64,000 nucleotides of DNA from Actinomycetota bacterium (GTDB lineage: Bacteria; Actinomycetota; UBA4738; HRBIN12), in the NCBI GenBank assembly GCA_016201135.1, contig JACQDK010000040.1, forward strand, positions 6,492-70,491, in the 5' to 3' direction. Below the pieces are notes generated by a model. It was not told the DNA's origin and did no database searches. It worked only from the letters and a program-made list of their open reading frames with translations. Shown in pieces: positions 28,859-38,082 of the stretch (within the stretch, counting starts at the first letter, position 1; every line of letters starts with the position of its first letter). The position numbers and the translations under genes were made by a program.

Positions 28859-30895
28859 ATGGCCGCCATGGCGGACACCCGGGAGGCCCGCGACGGGCGG
28901 GACGGCGTCCCGGGCGCGGGCCGCGAAGGCCGCGCGCGCAGCCGGCGCAGCGGCCGGGTGCTCGCCGGGCTCGACTTCGCCCTCGGCATCGCCGGGATCG
29001 TCCTGATACTCGCCGTCGTCCCCCGCTTCTACCTCTCGATCTACCCGCGCCACTCCTTCGCGGTTCCCATCGGCTCCGACACGCCCACCTACGTGTGGCG
29101 CTCGAACGTCGTGATCGCGGGCGGCCTGAACGCCCTCCCCGGATCCTCCCCCTTCCGGACCGAGGCCAACACGTCGAATGCGGACCGCCCCGGCTACCCG
29201 GTGCTCGCCGCGATCACGCAGGCGGCGACCGGGGTGGATCCGTGGCGTCTGGCCTTCGTCGTGCCGGCGGTCGGCGCGACCACGATCGCGCTTGCTGCCG
29301 GTGCGGCCGGGGTGGGCGGGAGCGGAGAGCCTCGCTGGTCATTCGCGATCTACGGCCTGGCTCTCGGTTTGGCGGCCCCCGTGGTCCTCTCGGCGAACGG
29401 CCACCTGGACAACACACTCGTCGACGGGACGCTCGTCGCGGCGGCGGCCGCGACGCTCGCAGCGGCCGACGGCAGGCCGGCCCTCGGGGGCGCCGTGGTG
29501 TTGCTGGCGGCCTCGTTCCTGATCCACTGGATGTTCGCGGGTCTCTTCACCGCCATCCTCCTCGGCTTCGCCCTGCTGCTGGTTCCGGCTTCGGTCCGGG
29601 CGCGCCGTCGGGGCACCGCTCTGCTGCGAACGCCGGCCGCCCGAGTGGGCGCCGTCGTCCTGCTCGGCGGGGGCCTGGGTCTGGGGGGGATGTGGCTGAC
29701 GCCCGGACTCCAGACCTTCGCAACGCGCGACCGGGCCGGCTTCCGGGTGAAGCTCGACAGGTGGCTGCCGTACCTTCGTCTTACCCGGACCGTGCCGGCC
29801 GCAGGGGTAGGCGGTCTCGGGCTGGGCGTGAGCAGGGACGGGCGGAGGCTCCGCGCGCTCGGCCTTTGGGTCGCCTGGCTCCTCCCGGGGGTGGCGGCGA
29901 TCGTCGCGTTCGACCGAGGCCTGACCATCCCGGCTCACCGCCTCGGCGGGTTCGCGCTCGGCCTGTGGTTCCTCGCCGCCGCCGCCGGAGCATGGCTCGT
30001 TCGGGCCGCTTGGCGCGGCCCGGGACGGATCTCGCCGTGGCTCGGCGCGGTCGCCGTGGTGCCCGCCGCGGCCGTCGTTGCGGCGTCCCTCGTCTACGGC
30101 TATCGGGTGGCGGGTCCGGCGTGGGACCGGGCCCGTCCGTACGTGGACTCGGCCTCCGTCGCATCCGTCCGCGCGGCGGGGCCCTACCTGGACTCCCTGC
30201 CCGCCGGCACCCCGATCGTGGTTCCCGTGGAGACCCGGGCTCTCGGGCAGGACTTCGGGCTCCTCCCCGCGTTCCGCCGGATCCGGGCGCTGGTCCCGGC
30301 CGACCGCGCCGCCGACGTCTACGTGTACCTCGGGGACCCGGCGAACCTGCTCGCGGGCAGGCCCACCCTCAAGCCCGACGTCCCGGAGTACGACGCCGTC
30401 TCGACCCTCTACTGGGAGGCGCTCGCGCCGATCCTTAGGGCCGCTCCGCCCGTCGTCCTGGCCGTCGACGGGTATACGCCCGGAGCGGCGCAGCTCGCCC
30501 TCGATCGGCCGCAGGACGTCGTGGCGCCGGGCGTCGTCGTGCTCCACGGTCCGGCTCCGGTCACCGTTGCCAGGCTCCGGGTGCCGGCCGTTCCGACACT
30601 GAGCGCCCTTGTCGCCGATGCGGCTCGCGTCCTTCTGCTCGTTGGGCTCGTCGGCCTCGGGTGGTCGGTGGGCCTGGTCAGGACCGAGCTGCTGTCTCGG
30701 CTCGCGCTCGCCCCGGCCATGGGGCAGGCGGTGCTCGTGGTGTCGGGGGTCCTGGCCGGGCGCGCCGGCGTCGCGCTTCACGGGCCGTCTGCGGTGCGGC
30801 TGGCCGTCGGCGTCGGTGCCGCCGGCTGGCTCTGGACGCTCGCGTCGATCGGCGCGCGGCGCGCGATGTCGCGGCGGGTGCCGGCCGACTCCTGA
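28859..30895 (+). CDS. Large polytopic membrane protein, GT-C-like topology; paralogue of 44520-46487
   Basis: About 11 TM helices, a ~130 aa soluble insert, and 3-4 C-terminal TM helices. Shares PxGxDTxxYxWR and VVLxGPxP blocks with the second copy. ATG 28859 (alternative TTG 28832). Confidence 0.7.
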   Translation: MAAMADTREARDGRDGVPGAGREGRARSRRSGRVLAGLDFALGIAGIVLILAVVPRFYLSIYPRHSFAVPIGSDTPTYVWRSNVVIAGGLNALPGSSPFRTEANTSNADRPGYPVLAAITQAATGVDPWRLAFVVPAVGATTIALAAGAAGVGGSGEPRWSFAIYGLALGLAAPVVLSANGHLDNTLVDGTLVAAAAATLAAADGRPALGGAVVLLAASFLIHWMFAGLFTAILLGFALLLVPASVRARRRGTALLRTPAARVGAVVLLGGGLGLGGMWLTPGLQTFATRDRAGFRVKLDRWLPYLRLTRTVPAAGVGGLGLGVSRDGRRLRALGLWVAWLLPGVAAIVAFDRGLTIPAHRLGGFALGLWFLAAAAGAWLVRAAWRGPGRISPWLGAVAVVPAAAVVAASLVYGYRVAGPAWDRARPYVDSASVASVRAAGPYLDSLPAGTPIVVPVETRALGQDFGLLPAFRRIRALVPADRAADVYVYLGDPANLLAGRPTLKPDVPEYDAVSTLYWEALAPILRAAPPVVLAVDGYTPGAAQLALDRPQDVVAPGVVVLHGPAPVTVARLRVPAVPTLSALVADAARVLLLVGLVGLGWSVGLVRTELLSRLALAPAMGQAVLVVSGVLAGRAGVALHGPSAVRLAVGVGAAGWLWTLASIGARRAMSRRVPADS

Positions 30896-31070
30896 CCCGA
30901 CTCGGGGTTCCGCGGGTGCTCGCGCAACCGCGCCGCCCCTCGGAACATTCCCGATCAGGGTCCCCGGTGGTCCCGGATGTGACGGGCATTTCGACCCCCG
31001 ACCTTCCCCTTCGGCCCGCCGAAGCTGACTGGTGACGGCCGGAGAGGTGGGACAGAGAGGTGGGAGGCAG

Positions 31071-31475
31071 ATGACCGACGACACGCTCTCTCTGGTGCTC
31101 TTCTCGGGCACCGACGACAAGCTCACGTCTGCTGCGGTGCTGACCGTCGGAGCCGCGGCGATGGGCCGCAAGGTGAACATCCTCCTTCAGTACTGGGCCC
31201 TGGACGCGTTCCGCGCCGACAGGGTCCACAAGGACCACGGCGTGGCGCCGGAGGCCGGACCTGCCGGGATCGAGCTCGTGCAGCAGCACGGCACCGAGCA
31301 CTGGAGCGAGCTGCTCCGCCAGGCCAAGCAGATCGGCGAAGTGGCCATCCACGCCTGCTCGCACTCGATGGAGATGTTCGGGATCGCGAAGGACGATCTC
31401 GACCCGCTGGTGGACGGCGTGGAAGGGGTTGCCTCCTTCTTCATGGAGGTCGACGGCCCACTGACATTCATCTAG
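31071..31475 (+). CDS. DsrE/DsrF-like (DsrE2-type) sulfur-relay protein
   Basis: ATG 31071 follows GGGAGG. LSLVLFSGTDDKL...ILLQYWAL...VAIHACSHSMEMFGI (candidate active Cys). Confidence 0.75.
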   Translation: MTDDTLSLVLFSGTDDKLTSAAVLTVGAAAMGRKVNILLQYWALDAFRADRVHKDHGVAPEAGPAGIELVQQHGTEHWSELLRQAKQIGEVAIHACSHSMEMFGIAKDDLDPLVDGVEGVASFFMEVDGPLTFI

Positions 31476-31488
31476 GAGGTAGAGACGG

Positions 31489-31728
31489 ATGACGACGACG
31501 GAGATCGGCCGCTCGATCGACGCGCGCGGCATGCCCTGTCCGGGTCCGCTGATGAGCCTCATCGGCGCGATCCGAGAGGGCAAGGTCGGCGACGTGATCG
31601 AGGTGCTCTCGAGCGACGAGGGTTCGAGGACGGACATCCCGGCTTGGTTGACGAAGGCCGGACACGAGCTCGTGGAGGTCGTCGATGAGGACGGGTTCAC
31701 GCGGTTCGTTGTGAAGAAGGTCCGGTGA
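31489..31728 (+). CDS. TusA/SirA-family sulfurtransferase
   Basis: DARGMPCPGPLM CPxP motif, 79 aa; AGGAGG upstream. Confidence 0.85.
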   Translation: MTTTEIGRSIDARGMPCPGPLMSLIGAIREGKVGDVIEVLSSDEGSRTDIPAWLTKAGHELVEVVDEDGFTRFVVKKVR

Positions 31729-32900
31729 CGGCGATGCCGGCGAGGATCACGGTGCTGGGAGGAGGCGTCGGCGGCACGCTCGCCGCGAACCTGCTCTCGA
31801 AGGAGCTGGGGCGCGACGCGAAGATCACGGTCGTCGACCCGACGGGGATGCACGTCTACCAGCCCGGGTTCCTGTACGTGGCTCTCGGCCAGGCGAACGG
31901 CCGCTGGCTCGCCCGGGACGAGCGCACGCTGCTTCGCGGGGACGTCGAGCTCGTGGTGGAGCAGGCGATGAGCGTGGACCCGGATGCGGGTCTGGTCGGC
32001 CTCGAGCGCGGCGGCACCCTGGAGTGGGACTACCTCGTGCTGGCGACGGGGGCACGGCTCGTGTACGACTCGGTGCCCGGCCTATCGGAGGGATCGCACG
32101 AGTTCTACTCCCTGGCGGGGGCCCAGCGCCTCCGCGAGGAGCTCCGCCGGTTCCGAGGGGGCAGGATCCGCGTGGGGATCGCGGGCATCCCGTACAAGTG
32201 CCCACCGGCGCCCGTCGAGTTCGTGTTCATGCTCGAGGAGTACCTGCGCCATCGCGGGATCCGAGACCGCTCCGAGATCACCCTGCTGTCGCCGCTGAAC
32301 CGCGCGTTCACGATCGAAAACGCATCGAAGGTGATCCAGCCGTTCATGGAGGCCCGCGGGATCGGGCTCACGACGTTCTTCAACGTCGAGTCCGTGGATC
32401 CCGCCGCCGGCACGGTTAGCTCGCTCGAAGGCGAGAAGACCGAGTACGACCTGCTCGTGCTGGTTCCCCCGCATCGAGGGCAGCAGCTCATCGACGACTC
32501 GGGCCTGGGGGACGCTAGCGGTTGGCTACCCACCGACAGGCGCAGCCTTCAGGTGGGTGAGCACGAGCGGATATTCGCCATGGGCGACGCCACGGACCTG
32601 CCGATCTCGAAGTCCGGCTCCACGGCCCACTTCGAGGCCCCGGTCGTCGCGAGCCGCATCTCCTCGCTCGTACGCGGCACGGCGCCCAGGACCAACTACG
32701 GAGGCCGGGTGATGTGCTTCCTCGAGACGGGCGGCGGCAAGGCGACGGCGCTCCGCTTCGACTACGAGCACCCGCCCACGCCGCCCCAGCCGAACCGCGT
32801 GTGGCACGCGGCCAAGTGGATGTTCAACCGCCTGTACTGGCAGACGGTCCCGCAGGGACGCATCCCCGAGCGGGCGCCGAAGGAAAGGGGAGCGGCATGA
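31725..32900 (+). CDS. FAD-dependent pyridine nucleotide-disulfide oxidoreductase, sulfide:quinone oxidoreductase-like
   Basis: ITVLGGGVGGTLAAN FAD fold, GIPYKCPPAPVEF, FAMGDATDLP. The GTGA overlap with the upstream gene and ATGA overlap with the downstream gene suggest translational coupling. Confidence 0.8.
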   Translation: MTAMPARITVLGGGVGGTLAANLLSKELGRDAKITVVDPTGMHVYQPGFLYVALGQANGRWLARDERTLLRGDVELVVEQAMSVDPDAGLVGLERGGTLEWDYLVLATGARLVYDSVPGLSEGSHEFYSLAGAQRLREELRRFRGGRIRVGIAGIPYKCPPAPVEFVFMLEEYLRHRGIRDRSEITLLSPLNRAFTIENASKVIQPFMEARGIGLTTFFNVESVDPAAGTVSSLEGEKTEYDLLVLVPPHRGQQLIDDSGLGDASGWLPTDRRSLQVGEHERIFAMGDATDLPISKSGSTAHFEAPVVASRISSLVRGTAPRTNYGGRVMCFLETGGGKATALRFDYEHPPTPPQPNRVWHAAKWMFNRLYWQTVPQGRIPERAPKERGAA

Positions 32901-33133
32901 GCGCGACGATCGCGAAGACGCTCGACATGAAGGGGTTCAACTGCCCCCTACCGATCGCGAAGACCGCCCAGGCAATCCGCGAGATCGAGCCCGGCGAGCT
33001 GCTCCAGGTTCTCGCGACCGACCCGGGCTCCGTGCCGGACTTCAAGGCGTGGTGCCGCACGACCGGCAACCAGCTCGTGGAGCACACCGAGACGGACGGC
33101 GTGTACCGGTTCGTCGTCCGCAGGAAAGGGTGA
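32897..33133 (+). CDS. TusA/SirA-family sulfurtransferase (second copy)
   Basis: DMKGFNCPLPIAK CPxP motif, 78 aa. Confidence 0.85.
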   Translation: MSATIAKTLDMKGFNCPLPIAKTAQAIREIEPGELLQVLATDPGSVPDFKAWCRTTGNQLVEHTETDGVYRFVVRRKG

Positions 33134-33138
33134 GTCGG

Positions 33139-33669
33139 ATGGTCATGACGCAGCCGGAAACGGCGGATGAGCCCCAGGAGGTCGCGGAGCACGCGCCCCA
33201 CAGGAAGCTGGTGATCTTCGCCTGGAGCGGTGAGCTCGACCGCATCTGGCCCACGCTGATCCTTTCCACGACCGGCGCGGCCATGGGGATGGAGACGACC
33301 GTCTTCTTCACCTTCTGGGGGCTGTTCCCGCTCGTGAGGGACGACGTACGCATCACGGGCGAGAACTGGATGCAGAAGCTGCTCTCGACGATGGACCGGC
33401 CGGGCTTGGAGCACCTCAAGCTCGGGAAGATGAACTTCGCCGGCGCGGGTCCGGCGATGATGAAGCACCTCGCGAAGGAGCACAAGGTCGCCAGTCCCTC
33501 CGAGCTGATGGCGCTCGCGAAGGATCTCGGCGTGAAGCTCGTGCCGTGTCAGATGACGATGGACCTGCTCGGCCTGTCGCGCGAAGACCTGATTGACGGG
33601 CTGGAGGATCCGGCCGGCGCGACGACCGCCCTGGTCGAGGCGCAGGACGCGATCACTCTGTTCATCTGA
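33139..33669 (+). CDS. DsrE/DsrF-like (DsrE2-type) sulfur-relay protein (second copy)
   Basis: ATG 33139. KLVIFAWSGELDRIWP...TVFFTFWGL...KLVPCQMTMDLLGL (candidate Cys). Confidence 0.75.
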   Translation: MVMTQPETADEPQEVAEHAPHRKLVIFAWSGELDRIWPTLILSTTGAAMGMETTVFFTFWGLFPLVRDDVRITGENWMQKLLSTMDRPGLEHLKLGKMNFAGAGPAMMKHLAKEHKVASPSELMALAKDLGVKLVPCQMTMDLLGLSREDLIDGLEDPAGATTALVEAQDAITLFI

Positions 33670-33813
33670 ATCGAGGTGGATCGATGGCGGACGCGATCGA
33701 TGGGTTGGCTCTCCGGGCTACCGGCAGCCGCGATGCTCGCATCCGTCCTCGTCGCAGGGCGGTCGCTCCGGCACCGCCCCGCGCGCGTGAGTCCGGGCCC
33801 CACCCCCGGATGA

Positions 33814-33850
33814 GAGCCGGACGGCGCCAGCACCCTGCGCCGTCCGGCTC
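33814..33850 (+). terminator. Strong hairpin downstream of the sulfur-relay operon (intrinsic-terminator-like, no U tract)
   Basis: GAGCCGGACGGCGC-CAGCACCCT-GCGCCGTCCGGCTC, a perfect 14-bp stem. Confidence 0.6.
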
Positions 33851-33913
33851 GTCACGTGTTGTCGCGGCGTTCCCGCGCTACCGTTGAACGAGGTCCGGCG
33901 AGAGGAGTTCGAG

Positions 33914-34180
33914 ATGGGGATCCTGGACAAGGTCAAAGAAGCTGCCGGCACCGCCGTGGAGGCCGGCAAGAAGGCGGCCGACGCGGCGAAGGAGAAGGTG
34001 GAGGACGTCCAGCAGCGGCGGAAGATCGACGACCTCGCGAAGCAGCTCGGCTACCTAGTGGTCGAGAAGGGCATCGCCGCGGGCGAGGACGGCGACAAGC
34101 TCGTCTCGGAGATCAAGGAGCTCGAGGCTCAGATGGCGGCCGGGGGCGCGCCCGGATCGGGTGGAGCCGCCGAGGCGTGA
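33914..34180 (+). CDS. Small hypothetical coiled-coil protein (88 aa)
   Basis: ATG 33914 follows GAGAGGAG. MGILDKVKEAAGTAVEAGKKAADAAKEKVEDVQQRRKIDDLAKQLGYL... Confidence 0.55.
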   Translation: MGILDKVKEAAGTAVEAGKKAADAAKEKVEDVQQRRKIDDLAKQLGYLVVEKGIAAGEDGDKLVSEIKELEAQMAAGGAPGSGGAAEA

Positions 34181-34193
34181 CGGCGCGCGAACA

Positions 34194-36422
34194 CTAGCTT
34201 CCCGGAAGGAACACGTGGAACGAGGAGCCTCCTCCCGGGCGCTCCCTCATCCAGGCGCGCCCCCCGTGGAGCTCGGAGAAGCGACGTACGAGCGAGAGCC
34301 CGACGCCCACGCCGGGTGAGTGCTCCCACCGTGACCCGGGGATCTGGCGGAAAGGCTCGAAGACCGCCTCCCTGAGATCGGCCGGGATGCCGGGGCCCTC
34401 GTCCTCCACCACGAGGAGCAGCCCTCCCTCCTGACTCTTCGCGCGCACCCAGATCCGCGTCCCCTCCGGCGTGTGCCGCACGGCGTTCGCCAGGAGGTTC
34501 TCGAGGATCCGCTCGAGCTTGGCCGCATCCACCGAGGCGACGAATGGCTCCACGTCGACCTCGATGGGCCGCTTCCAGTGGGTGCTCGACTCCTCCACCC
34601 CCCGTCGGACGAGCGCTTCGATGTCGGTCGGCCGCCGCTGGGGGGTGATGATCCCCCGCTGGAGCCGGTCGAGATCGAGCAGGTCGGACAGGAGCCGCTC
34701 GAGCTTGCGCGCGTTCGCCGCGATCCGTTGCACGAGGTCGAGGGCATCGTCCTTCGGCAGGTCCAGCTGTGTCTGTTCGAGCGTGAGCGCGGAACCGAGG
34801 ATCGTCGTGAGCGGCGTGCGGAGGTCGTGCGACACGGCCTCGAGGAACGTGTTCTTCATGTCGTCGAGCGCCCGGAGGCGTTGCGACGCCTCGCGCTCCC
34901 GCCGGAACGCCTCGGAGTACTTCCGTTCGCTGCGCCGCAGAGCCTGCTCCGCGCGCTTGCGCTCGGTGACGTCGACCATGAGGCCGCGGTGTCGCGATGG
35001 CCCGGGCTGCCCGCTCCTCACCGCGTGGACGAGGTCACGGACCCACGTGACACGCCCATCCGGGGCAGTCACCCGGTACTCGATGCTCTGGTCCCCTAGC
35101 TGCGCGACCGCGTGGAACGCGGCGAGCGCCTCGGCCCGGTCATCCTCGTGGACCTGATCGCCCCAGGAGCGCTCGAGCCACGTATCCGGCTCGGCTCCCA
35201 GGATGTCCTGCGCCCGCTGCGAGACGAAGGAGAAGGCGAGGTCGTCGCCGGTGGTCTCCCAGAAGACGGCGTCGAGGCCCTCGACGAGCTCATGGAACCG
35301 CTCGAGCTGGCGGAGCCTGCGCGCGTTGCCCGCCGCGAGCGAGGCGATGTCGGCGACGCCGCGCGCGAGACGCAGGTCGCGCTGGGAGAACCGAGAGTCC
35401 GGAGTGCGCGCCGAGACCACGAGCACCCCGAACCCTTCGGGCTCCCAGCTGAGAGGGGCCACGAGCCTCTCGGTGACCTCCTGCACGAGGAGGTGCTCGG
35501 TGGGGATCTGCTCCACGGACCCCTTCGGCAGGACGAAGGGTTCCGTGAGCGAGAGCAGGAACCGGCTCGCTACGTCGGCTCCGACAGGCTCCGTCCTCTC
35601 GAGGTCGGGGGCGGGCCGGTCGCCGAGCCCGAGGAACGAGGTGAGCCGGTAGGCGCCCGTGCCCTCGTCGCGCACGTAAGCGGCGATCGCCGAGCAGTCC
35701 ATGATGCCCGGGACGGTCTCGAGCGCCTCCTGCATGATGCCCTCGATCGTGTGGACGCTCGTGAGCGCCTGCGAGAGGCGGAGCAACGCCGCCGAGGTCT
35801 CCGCGGCCTCGCGCTCGGCCGCGAGCAGCCTCGCGTTCTGGACGGCCACCGCGGCGTGTGAGGCGAGGACCTCCAGCATCCGCTGGTCCTCCTCGTCGAA
35901 CTTCCCGAACCCGAGCTTCGAGAGCACGATCACGCCCAACACGTCGTCGCCGACGAGCATCGGGACAGCCAGCATCGACTCGAGCACGTCCTCACTGGTC
36001 CCGGGGATCGTGACCGAGAAGGGGACCTCGCGGGCGTCCGGGGTGAGCAGGGAGGTGCGCTGCTCCGCAACCCATCCCGTGATGCCCTCGCCCACCTTCG
36101 TGACGAGGCCCTCGAGGGTCTCCTGCTCGTACTCGGAGAACAGCTCGCCTCGGAACGCCACCGGCACGAGCGTCACGCCGTCGTCCTCCAGCACGTAGAC
36201 GCGGCAGTTGTGGTAGTCGACGATCGTTCGGAGCTCCGCGGTTATCGCGCCCGCGATCCTGGCCACGTCGCCGAGGCTGTTCAGCTCGGCCGCCAGGCTG
36301 TGCAGCATGTTGAGCTGCGCAACCGATCGGGCCCCTTCGGTGCCGCGCTCACCGCTCCCGTGCGGGGATCCGGTCACGCTCTCGCCTCCGTCGGTCGTTC
36401 CGGCGGGCATTGTCTCATCCAT
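34194..36422 (-). CDS. Cytoplasmic sensor histidine kinase, GAF-GAF-PAS-HisKA-HATPase_c
   Basis: H-box EAVSHDLRTPLTTILG, N box LANAVRHTP, G boxes VEDEGPGIP and GVGVGLSLV. Two GAF-like regions and one PAS-like region upstream. No TM helix and no adjacent response regulator. Confidence 0.88.
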   Translation of the reverse strand: MDETMPAGTTDGGESVTGSPHGSGERGTEGARSVAQLNMLHSLAAELNSLGDVARIAGAITAELRTIVDYHNCRVYVLEDDGVTLVPVAFRGELFSEYEQETLEGLVTKVGEGITGWVAEQRTSLLTPDAREVPFSVTIPGTSEDVLESMLAVPMLVGDDVLGVIVLSKLGFGKFDEEDQRMLEVLASHAAVAVQNARLLAAEREAAETSAALLRLSQALTSVHTIEGIMQEALETVPGIMDCSAIAAYVRDEGTGAYRLTSFLGLGDRPAPDLERTEPVGADVASRFLLSLTEPFVLPKGSVEQIPTEHLLVQEVTERLVAPLSWEPEGFGVLVVSARTPDSRFSQRDLRLARGVADIASLAAGNARRLRQLERFHELVEGLDAVFWETTGDDLAFSFVSQRAQDILGAEPDTWLERSWGDQVHEDDRAEALAAFHAVAQLGDQSIEYRVTAPDGRVTWVRDLVHAVRSGQPGPSRHRGLMVDVTERKRAEQALRRSERKYSEAFRREREASQRLRALDDMKNTFLEAVSHDLRTPLTTILGSALTLEQTQLDLPKDDALDLVQRIAANARKLERLLSDLLDLDRLQRGIITPQRRPTDIEALVRRGVEESSTHWKRPIEVDVEPFVASVDAAKLERILENLLANAVRHTPEGTRIWVRAKSQEGGLLLVVEDEGPGIPADLREAVFEPFRQIPGSRWEHSPGVGVGLSLVRRFSELHGGRAWMRERPGGGSSFHVFLPGS

Positions 36423-36499
36423 TGGTACCCCGGTTCGGGTTTCGACGGGAGGCCGCAGGTGCTTGAACCATCGGCACGGGTTGCTAGCCTCGGCTTCGG

Positions 36500-36784
36500 A
36501 TGGCGAAGGAGATCGACGGCGGGAAGACGGAAGCCGCGCTGGACGCTCGCGAGCGGGAGATTCTCGACTTCGAACGTGGGTGGTGGAGGGAGCCCGGGCC
36601 GAAGGCGCTGCGGATCCGCGACGGCCTCGGGCTGTCGGTAGCGCACTACCACCAGCTGCTGAACCGCCTGATCGACCGGCCCGAGGCCCTGGCCTACGAC
36701 CCGATGCTCGTTCGGCGCCTGCGCCGGCTCCGCGACGCGCGCAGGCGCCGTCGCGTCGCCGGCCGCCTCGGCCGCCAGGTCTGA
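36500..36784 (+). CDS. DUF3263 domain protein
   Basis: EREILDFERGWWREPGPKALRIRDGLGLSVAHYHQLLNRLIDRPEALAYDPMLVRRLRRLRD. Confidence 0.75.
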   Translation: MAKEIDGGKTEAALDAREREILDFERGWWREPGPKALRIRDGLGLSVAHYHQLLNRLIDRPEALAYDPMLVRRLRRLRDARRRRRVAGRLGRQV

Positions 36785-36817
36785 TCCGTCCTCATGGCCC
36801 TGGGGTAGGATGGGCGC

Positions 36818-37354
36818 GTGAACACCGGGATCACACGCATCGTGATCGTTGCCGCGCTCGCGGTCGCCGGGTTCGCCGTCCTCGTGAGCGGCTTCTCGGG
36901 CGCCGGCAGCATCTCGGCCGGCGGGCCGGGCGGGGAAACCGCCGTAAGCCCCTCCGTGTCCGTCTCGGTCTCGAAGTCGCCCAAGACCTCCCTGTCGCCG
37001 CACCGCGCCAAGAAGATCGACTTCTTCGTGCTGAACGGGACCACCGCGGTGGGGGTGGCTGGGGCGGAGGAGCAGCGACTGAGCGCTCAGGGGCTCACGC
37101 CGGCGCTGAACGCCGCCGGCTTCGCCGCGGACGACGCCCCCTCGAAGCCGGTGACGAAGACGGTCGTGTACTTCCGAGGGGGTGCCGCGGCCGCTCAGAA
37201 CCGGGCGGACGCGCAGTGGGTCGCCGACACCTTCTACAAGGGGGCGCCGGTCCGGGAGCTCGCACCTATCTATGCCACGGGCACCCTGGTGCCGGCCGCC
37301 GCGAACGTCGTGATCGTCATCGGCAACGACAGGGCGTCCGGGACCAGCGGCTGA
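36818..37354 (+). CDS. LytR_C (LytR cell-envelope-related C-terminal) domain protein
   Basis: N-terminal TM helix, then FFVLNGTTAVGVAGAEEQRLSAQGL...VVYFRGG. Confidence 0.7.
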   Translation: MNTGITRIVIVAALAVAGFAVLVSGFSGAGSISAGGPGGETAVSPSVSVSVSKSPKTSLSPHRAKKIDFFVLNGTTAVGVAGAEEQRLSAQGLTPALNAAGFAADDAPSKPVTKTVVYFRGGAAAAQNRADAQWVADTFYKGAPVRELAPIYATGTLVPAAANVVIVIGNDRASGTSG

Positions 37355-37355
37355 C

Positions 37356-38081
37356 GTGCTCGAGGCGTTCCGCGCGCGGGCGCCCCGCGCCGGGGTTCTC
37401 CTCGATCTCGACGGCACCCTCGCCGAGATCGTCGCGCGCCCGGAGCTTGCCGGCCCCACCGAGGGCGCGCGCGAGGCGCTCGAGGTCATCGTCGCCCGGT
37501 TCGCGCTCGTCGCGGTGATAACCGGTCGCCGCGCGGAGGAGGTCGCCTCCATCGTCCGAGTCGACGGCATCCGGTACGAGGGCCTGTACGGGATGCAGGA
37601 GGCCGCGCCGGCACTCGCGCCGGGGCTCCTGCCGCTCGTCGAACGCGCCGCGGCCGTCGAGCCCTCCGCCTGGGTCGAGGACAAGGGCGCGTCGCTCGCC
37701 GTCCACTACCGGCAGGCAGAGGATGCGGCCGCGGCGCGTTCGCGGCTGGTCGCGGTGCTGGAGCCCGTCGCGAGAGGAGCCGGGCTCGAGCTCGCCGAGG
37801 GCAAGATGGTCGTCGAGCTCGTCCCGTCCGGCCGGCCCAGGAAGGGCGCCGCCGTAGAGCGGCTCGTGGGAGAGCACGCGCTTCGGGCGGTCATGTACGC
37901 GGGGGACGACCTCGCGGACCTCGACGCGTTCGCCGCGCTTGACCGTCTGCGCGAGCGCGGGCTGGTCGCCTTGAAGGTGGCCGTGCGGGGGCCCGAGACC
38001 CCGCCGTCGCTGCTGGAGGCGGCCGATCTCGTGGTCGAGGGGCCGGCGGGGACCGTCGACCTGCTGCGGTCCCTCGCCTGA
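37356..38081 (+). CDS. otsB: Trehalose-phosphate phosphatase
   Basis: HAD motif I VLLDLDGTLAEIV, later EDKGASLAVHYR, KG..V, and YAGDDLADLDAF. Confidence 0.88.
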   Translation: MLEAFRARAPRAGVLLDLDGTLAEIVARPELAGPTEGAREALEVIVARFALVAVITGRRAEEVASIVRVDGIRYEGLYGMQEAAPALAPGLLPLVERAAAVEPSAWVEDKGASLAVHYRQAEDAAAARSRLVAVLEPVARGAGLELAEGKMVVELVPSGRPRKGAAVERLVGEHALRAVMYAGDDLADLDAFAALDRLRERGLVALKVAVRGPETPPSLLEAADLVVEGPAGTVDLLRSLA

Positions 38082-38082
38082 G

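Noticed and set aside
28727-34200. A genomic island integrated at tRNA-Thr(TGT), carrying the GT-C-like gene and the sulfur operon.
   Set aside because: There is no integrase or recombinase. I saw no direct repeat of the tRNA 3' end downstream, and no obvious change in composition or codon style.
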